64,000 nt of DNA. Origin: an uncultured Clostridia bacterium. GTDB lineage: Bacteria; Bacillota; Clostridia; TANB77; CAG-508. Each line of letters starts with the position of its first letter. Position 1 is the first letter of the stretch. Of this stretch, positions 59,069 to 64,000 are shown piece after piece. A program made the translations under genes and the position numbers. The notes beneath the pieces are model-generated. The model was not told the origin of the DNA. It was given only the letters and a program-made list of their open reading frames with translations, and did not search any database. The stretch covers positions 75,748-139,747 of the forward strand of contig CALXZC010000001.1 in assembly GCA_944393135.1 (NCBI GenBank), written 5' to 3'.

Positions 59069-59365
59069 ATGTATTTTATAACCGCATTACAAATACAAAA
59101 TAAATTAGATAATTTAGTTTTAGGTGATAGTAGATGTATTGGTTATTTTGAAACATTCGAGGAAGCAGAAAACATAGTATTAAATAATATTGGTGATATT
59201 GAAGAAACTATTTATAATTATTGTGTAATTGAAAACATACCGGCGGGTTTATATCAATATGACCAAAATGCTAAATGGTATAAATTTAATGAGTTATTAG
59301 AAGTATTTAAGCCTTGTGAAAAACCTAAAGAATTTCAGAATTATGTCGGTTTTGGTATAGGATAA
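59069..59365 (+). CDS. hypothetical protein
   Basis: RBS gaaaggtagg. Confidence 0.6.
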   Translation: MYFITALQIQNKLDNLVLGDSRCIGYFETFEEAENIVLNNIGDIEETIYNYCVIENIPAGLYQYDQNAKWYKFNELLEVFKPCEKPKEFQNYVGFGIG

Positions 59366-59378
59366 GGAGGCGAATATT

Positions 59379-59552
59379 ATGAAAGATTTTAAACCTATAA
59401 TAAATACAGTTTCTTGTTCTCTAAATTATAATGAACAAGAATATAGTGAAAAACATAATAAACCACTAAAACCATATTACTATGATTTTTATTGCACTCA
59501 GTATATATCTATAACAAATCACAATAAAAATAATAAAATAATAATTTATTAA
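59379..59552 (+). CDS. small hypothetical protein (57 aa)
   Basis: Strong RBS ataaggaggc. Confidence 0.45.
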   Translation: MKDFKPIINTVSCSLNYNEQEYSEKHNKPLKPYYYDFYCTQYISITNHNKNNKIIIY

Positions 59553-59572
59553 ATTAATGAGGAGCCTGTACA

Positions 59573-60415
59573 ATGAGTAGTAAAGAAACATATTTAAAAA
59601 TTAATAAAAGATTACCACAAATACATATTTCTCAAAAACAAGTTGATTTATTTATAAACTGGTGGAATCAAGATATACGTTTTCAAAAAACTGTGCCACA
59701 CAGTTTTGAAGAAGGCTATTTAAAATGTGATTTAGATTTTAATATAGATATAAATAAATTTAATAATTTATTTAAACAAATGGCTAAAACATACCATACA
59801 ACTTATAGAAAAATGGAAACTATGTTTAAAGATTTTATTAACTCTTTGGAACATATTATTATGTATTTTAAATTTATTAAGAATAATGAAATAATAATAA
59901 ATACATATGATATTAATAATAAAATACTATCAAATATATCTTTTGGTTTTGGAGAAAATAGTAGGGATATAGAAGAAGAATTTTCCTATGAAAAATTAAC
60001 AAGTTTAATACTTACAAGTGAAGGTTTAAATAATGATAACTTAATGAATAGTTTTAATATACTATATATGATTATTTTAATAACAAGTCTTTGGTATATA
60101 GCAACTACTAAAAATACAACAAAATATATCTATGAGAATAAAACACCTGTTATAACAAATAGAAAGAAAAATATTGTAAAAGTATCTGATACTAAAGTAA
60201 TTAGTACACCTATTTACGATATAACTAAAATTAAAACAAAAAAAGTAGACGGACTTATTAAACATAGAAAAGGATGGACATATAGTCACGCTTTTCAAGT
60301 ACACGGACATTATAGACATTATAAAAATGGTAAAGTTATATTCGTGAATTCTTATATTAAAGGTAAAAATAAAGAATTTAAATCTCAAACTATTGAATTA
60401 CAACCTACTCAATAA
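59573..60415 (+). CDS. hypothetical protein with one central TM segment
   Basis: RBS tgaggag. Confidence 0.65.
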   Translation: MSSKETYLKINKRLPQIHISQKQVDLFINWWNQDIRFQKTVPHSFEEGYLKCDLDFNIDINKFNNLFKQMAKTYHTTYRKMETMFKDFINSLEHIIMYFKFIKNNEIIINTYDINNKILSNISFGFGENSRDIEEEFSYEKLTSLILTSEGLNNDNLMNSFNILYMIILITSLWYIATTKNTTKYIYENKTPVITNRKKNIVKVSDTKVISTPIYDITKIKTKKVDGLIKHRKGWTYSHAFQVHGHYRHYKNGKVIFVNSYIKGKNKEFKSQTIELQPTQ

Positions 60416-60441
60416 TTTTTTAAAGTTATTTTATAAAAACC

Positions 60442-60470
60442 TTTACAAATCTTAAAAAATATTATACAAA
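60442..60470 (+). promoter_or_regulatory. promoter family copy (TTTACA present; -10 weak; overlaps tandem repeat tattatacaaa x2)
   Basis: aaaaccTTTACAaatcttaaaaaatattatacaaatattatacaaa. Confidence 0.35.
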
Positions 60471-60497
60471 TATTATACAAATATTAAGGTGATATTA

Positions 60498-61037
60498 ATG
60501 AAAAATTTAAATACATTAACAGATTATGAAATTACAAAGTATTATACAAATAAGTATTATTTAAACTTTAAACATATATTATCTTATAATGAAATTTTTA
60601 ACGAAATATATATAATTATATTAGAGGGTAAAAATACAAAAAGTTATAAACTAAATAAATCTGCCTATATAAAGAAACATATATTATTACTTAAAAATAA
60701 ATATATAAAAGAACATAAAAGTACTTCATATTTGGAAGATTTAAAAATAGAATTAACAGATAATTATAGTTTAGAAAATTATATGAAAAATATAGATTTA
60801 CAAATTATTTTTAAAAATATATTATATACAATAAGACCTAGAGACTTAGCTGTACTTAAATATTATTATGGTTTTTATACCACAAAATATACAGTAAATG
60901 AATTAAGTAAAAAGTATAAGGTATGTTCTCATAGAATTTTACAATTAAAGAATAGAGCTATTAAACAAATACAACATCCTGCTCGTAGTTATAAATTCAT
61001 AGAATATATAAATCCTAAATTCTATACTAAAAAATAA
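60498..61037 (+). CDS. sigma-70-family region-4-like transcription factor (putative phage sigma factor)
   Basis: RDLAVLKYYYGFYTTKYTVNELSKKYKVCSHRILQLKNRAIKQI matches region 4 pattern L..RE..VL.LRYG...T..EI...LGVS.ERVRQIE.RAL.KL. Confidence 0.5.
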   Translation: MKNLNTLTDYEITKYYTNKYYLNFKHILSYNEIFNEIYIIILEGKNTKSYKLNKSAYIKKHILLLKNKYIKEHKSTSYLEDLKIELTDNYSLENYMKNIDLQIIFKNILYTIRPRDLAVLKYYYGFYTTKYTVNELSKKYKVCSHRILQLKNRAIKQIQHPARSYKFIEYINPKFYTKK

Positions 61038-61092
61038 TAAAGTATAGGTGTTATAATATATAGGTAATAAAGAAGTGTTATCTATACTATAT

Positions 61093-61167
61093 GCTCCTTT
61101 GGTGTAATTGGTAGCATACCAGTCTCCAAAACTGTTGGTTGAGGTTCAAATCCTTGAGGGAGTGCCA
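61093..61167 (+). tRNA. tRNA-Trp (anticodon CCA), CCA-encoded
   Basis: Hand-folded cloverleaf: acceptor gctcctt/agggagt (2 G.U), anticodon loop cuCCAaa with U33, T-loop GGTTCAAATCC. Confidence 0.7.
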
Positions 61168-61359
61168 TTGAATATATTACAATATTTTAATAAAGTTCCG
61201 AAGATATCTAATAAAAGTGTAAGTTAAATATTGTCAATCTGACTATATTGTAATATATTCAAATAAATGATTAAAAGAATATATATTATGACGTGAAACT
61301 GCCTGGTCAGAGCTGTAGGTTTCCATTTTTGATATTTACTTACACTTGTCATCTTATAT

Positions 61360-61448
61360 GGGTATGTGGCGGAACTGGTAGACGCACAGGACTTAAAATC
61401 CTGTATCTGAAATACGGTGTAAGGGTTCAAGTCCCTTCATACCCACCA
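61360..61448 (+). tRNA. tRNA-Leu (anticodon UAA), class II long variable arm, CCA-encoded
   Basis: Acceptor gggtatg/cataccc perfect; anticodon stem cagga/tcctg, loop cuUAAaa; T-arm aaggg-ttcaagt-ccctt. Confidence 0.8.
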
Positions 61449-61664
61449 GCTCCTAATAAAAAGTTTAGGAGGTGTTATATAGTAATATATAACAATAGGT
61501 TGGTGGTTATCCTTTTATACAATATTTTAATTAGTTTTAAGAACCTTTTATAGTTTTCAATGTTTATAATAAGTTTGTAAATAAATTTACTAATATTGTT
61601 TAATTTTGTTAATATAGATTTTTAAGTATAATAAAAACCACAATTTTATTATTGGAGTACTGTA

Positions 61665-61955
61665 ATGTTTAAATATAAAAGAAAAACAATTAAATTCAAA
61701 TTAACAAAAAATGATTATAAATATGATATAAATGTAAATGACATAGTATATACAACAATTAATCCAGGCATATTACAACAATATATCACAAAATTTTGTG
61801 TAGAAAATAAAATAGATATAATTTCTATTAAAGCTGAAAATACTTGGAACTATAAATTCTACATTACAGTAAAAACAACTAGAGAAAATATAAATAAACT
61901 AGCTTATTTTTTATTAGATAACTTTTCAAAATATATACATAATTTACAATATTAG
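61665..61955 (+). CDS. hypothetical protein
   Basis: ORF 96 aa; weak RBS. Confidence 0.5.
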   Translation: MFKYKRKTIKFKLTKNDYKYDINVNDIVYTTINPGILQQYITKFCVENKIDIISIKAENTWNYKFYITVKTTRENINKLAYFLLDNFSKYIHNLQY

Positions 61956-61968
61956 GAGGATACAAAAA

Positions 61969-62442
61969 ATGACACAAAAAGAAGTTAAAGTATTTGATTT
62001 ATATAGTGTAACAAAAGAAGACGAAAAATATTATGAAGAATTAGGTATACCTACATATTGTCTTGACGAATACCATAATCAAATAGTTAAGAAAGATGGA
62101 ACAGTAAAACCCAAATACAGTTCAAAAGTTCTTAAAAATATTAAACCTTTAGAAAATAATATTACAACTAAAGTAAAATGGGAATTGGATTCTACTGAAG
62201 GAGAAACTTTATCTATGCTAAAAAATTCTGTTAAAAAATCTAAAGATTTATATGATAGTTGTAAAAGAAAATATGAAAGATACGAACATTTACTAGTAGG
62301 TTCTTTACCTATTGAAGATAAAATATTTGAAGGTGAAAGACATAAGTGTAATTTAAGTCCTATTGGTAGATGTATGTATAAAGAAGATGCTTCCGGAGAA
62401 TATGAATGTGTATTTTGTGGGGAACCCGAAGAAAGGAAATAA
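61969..62442 (+). CDS. hypothetical protein with C-terminal Cys cluster (CVFCG)
   Basis: RBS taggagga. Confidence 0.65.
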   Translation: MTQKEVKVFDLYSVTKEDEKYYEELGIPTYCLDEYHNQIVKKDGTVKPKYSSKVLKNIKPLENNITTKVKWELDSTEGETLSMLKNSVKKSKDLYDSCKRKYERYEHLLVGSLPIEDKIFEGERHKCNLSPIGRCMYKEDASGEYECVFCGEPEERK

Positions 62443-62446
62443 GTTT

Positions 62447-62668
62447 ATGGAAGAAAATATTTACAATAAAACTTGTATTAAATGTGGTAAAACTTATTAT
62501 AGTAAAGGAAAAGCTCCTGTCGGTATGTGTCCTGACTGTTTAAGTAAAGAAGAATATTTTTGTAATAAATGTGGACAACCTATTGATTATTGGGAATATA
62601 ATGATAATGTAGAAGGTTATTGTGAAGATTGTATGGAACAAGAAGAACTCGAAGAAGAAAATAATTAA
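62447..62668 (+). CDS. small double zinc-ribbon protein (CIKCG..CPDC..CNKCG..CEDC)
   Basis: ATG 62447 after gaaaggaaat; four CxxC pairs. Confidence 0.55.
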   Translation: MEENIYNKTCIKCGKTYYSKGKAPVGMCPDCLSKEEYFCNKCGQPIDYWEYNDNVEGYCEDCMEQEELEEENN

Positions 62669-62725
62669 TATTCTTATAAATTAATTATTTTATTATTAAT
62701 AAAAAAAAGGAGGATTTTTATAAAT

Positions 62726-63616
62726 ATGAAAAAGAAAAAATTAAAAGATTATAGTGATGAAGAATTAGCAAGAATGGATTATAATACAAAAGAACGTTTA
62801 ATTTTAGAAGATAAAATACATAAAATTGTGAAATATGTATTATTAGCAATAATAGTAATATTTTTAATAATAACATTCTTCAATTCGTTTAAAACTATTC
62901 CAACAGGTTTTGTAGGAGTAAAGACTCGTTTTGGACAAGTACAAGACACAATGTTAAATGAAGGATTAAATCTAAAAGTTCCATTTATAGAAAAAATTGT
63001 ATTAATGGACTGCCGTACACAAAAAACAGAATATACAATGGAAGCTAGTTCAAAAGATTTACAAAAAATATCTAATTTTAAAATTGCCATTAATTATAAC
63101 ATAACTAATGATACAGCAAACAAATTATATAGAAGTGTTGGAGTTGATTATAAATCTATTATAGTAGAACCGGCAATACAAGAAGCGATGAAGGCAACAG
63201 TTGCAAATTATACAGCTGAAGAATTAATTACAAAAAGAAATGAAGTATCAGAATTTGCTTTAAATAAATTATCACCCAAACTTCAAGAAAATGGAATTAC
63301 ACTAACATCTTTAAATATATTGGATTTATCTTTTAGTGAAGAATTTGATACAGCTGTAGAACAAAAACAAATTGTAGAACAAGAAACACAAAAAGCACAA
63401 TATGAACTTGAAAAAGCCAAAGTTGAAAATCAAAAGAAAATAGAAAATGCTCAAGCTGATGCAGAAGTAATGGCAGCACAAAATGCTCAAATTACAGATA
63501 ACTATTTAAGACTTAAGGAAATTGAAAATCAAAAAGCTATGATTGAAAAATGGAATGGTCAATTACCTACAACAATGACAGGTAGTGATGTTTCTAGTAT
63601 ATTTAATGTAAATTAG
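62726..63616 (+). CDS. SPFH/Band-7 (prohibitin/HflKC-like) domain membrane protein with C-terminal coiled coil
   Basis: N-terminal TM then GFVGVKTRFGQV...LNEGLN.KVPFIEKI...EPAIQEAMKATVANYTAEELITKRNEVS; RBS aaaaggagga. Confidence 0.65.
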   Translation: MKKKKLKDYSDEELARMDYNTKERLILEDKIHKIVKYVLLAIIVIFLIITFFNSFKTIPTGFVGVKTRFGQVQDTMLNEGLNLKVPFIEKIVLMDCRTQKTEYTMEASSKDLQKISNFKIAINYNITNDTANKLYRSVGVDYKSIIVEPAIQEAMKATVANYTAEELITKRNEVSEFALNKLSPKLQENGITLTSLNILDLSFSEEFDTAVEQKQIVEQETQKAQYELEKAKVENQKKIENAQADAEVMAAQNAQITDNYLRLKEIENQKAMIEKWNGQLPTTMTGSDVSSIFNVN

Positions 63617-63759
63617 TTATTAATCTTATGTTTAGATAAAAAGTGATGGCTACCAAATTTTGAAATAATTGAAACAACTCGGCAGTGAGATTCGTTGACT
63701 GTCCAAACTCACATATGAAGGTTGGAATACCCTATCTAAACATAATAAATATAAACCCA

Positions 63760-63805
63760 TCATTTAGTTAGTATGTACATATTTTATAGATATTTCCGTC
63801 AAATA
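63760..63805. repeat. perfect 15-bp inverted repeat (agtatgtacatattt / aaatatgtacatact) with 16-nt spacer
   Basis: Exact reverse-complement arms; no T-run after. Confidence 0.7.
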
Positions 63806-64000
63806 TGTACATACTCCCTTATATATATGCCTTGATAGTTTAAAGGTAAAATAACTCGACGGAGTAGATGGAGGTTCGATTCCCCAAAAGGCTAATGTTT
63901 TTTACTTATTTCAAACTAATAGCAAATAAGCAAATCAACTAGAATAATAAAGGAAACTAATTGATATGGAGTATTCCTTAAAAAACTTTTTAGATATGTA

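Noticed and set aside
61168-61359. Hairpin gaaac-N19-gtttc + cattttt between the two tRNAs as an sRNA or terminator
   Set aside because: Only a 5-bp stem and a weak context. It could be a tRNA-processing spacer, but there is insufficient evidence.
61224-61553. ORFs 61293-61553 (+) and 61224-61430 (-) in the track
   Set aside because: They overlap the well-folded tRNA-Leu(UAA) gene at 61360-61448 and have no RBS, so they are artefacts of the stop-poor tRNA region.
63829-63896. Third tRNA gene
   Set aside because: Has a T-loop (GGTTCGATTCC), D-arm and partial acceptor pairing, but I could not form an anticodon stem, and acceptor positions 6-7 mismatch. Kept only as a tRNA-like fragment pending tRNAscan.

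Overview
This window reads as an AT-rich (roughly 27-30% GC by eye) virulent-phage genome segment of the T4 superfamily type. Every convincing gene is on the + strand, and intergenic spaces carry strong rho-independent terminators.

Gene order, 5' to 3':
- Small acidic proteins and a candidate holin (0-3 kb).
- A Ser/Thr-rich putative receptor-binding protein with a GC-richer 5' part (3.0-5.3 kb).
- An endolysin with a GH25 muramidase domain, a CW_7-like repeat and three LysM domains (5.3-6.6 kb).
- A 1243-aa multidomain protein interrupted by a 497-aa HNH-endonuclease intein (6.9-10.6 kb).
- A cluster of acidic paralog families with conserved N-terminal leaders ending in L-x-E, plausible capsid-targeting sequences (10.7-15.5 kb).
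- Three giant coiled-coil/repeat tail-fibre genes of 2015, 2128 and 900 aa (16.8-32.3 kb).
- Unknown structural-region genes plus a minimal nucleotidyltransferase (32.4-36 kb).
- Acidic proteins, then a T4 gp21/gp22-like prohead protease-scaffold fusion (36-42 kb).
- A gp23-like major capsid gene split by a td-like group I intron with recognisable R and S core elements, carrying a Vsr-like homing-endonuclease ORF (42.3-44.9 kb).
- A free-standing homing-endonuclease-like gene.
- A long early region of small overlapping ORFs (46.8-60.4 kb), including a metallophosphatase, a HAD phosphatase, a second nucleotidyltransferase and several small zinc-ribbon proteins.
- A sigma-70 region-4-like protein, tRNA-Trp(CCA), tRNA-Leu(UAA) and an SPFH/prohibitin-domain protein.

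Two conserved regulatory motif families recur:
- A sigma70-like promoter, AAAcCCTTTACA-N17-TATAAy, in at least 11 copies in front of early-type genes.
- A GTAAAATATTATTAG-type element, 9 copies, always just upstream of late/structural genes and often directly after a terminator.

No CRISPR array, rRNA, integrase or transposase was seen. Coordinates of motifs, splice sites and intein ends were derived by hand and should be treated as approximate.
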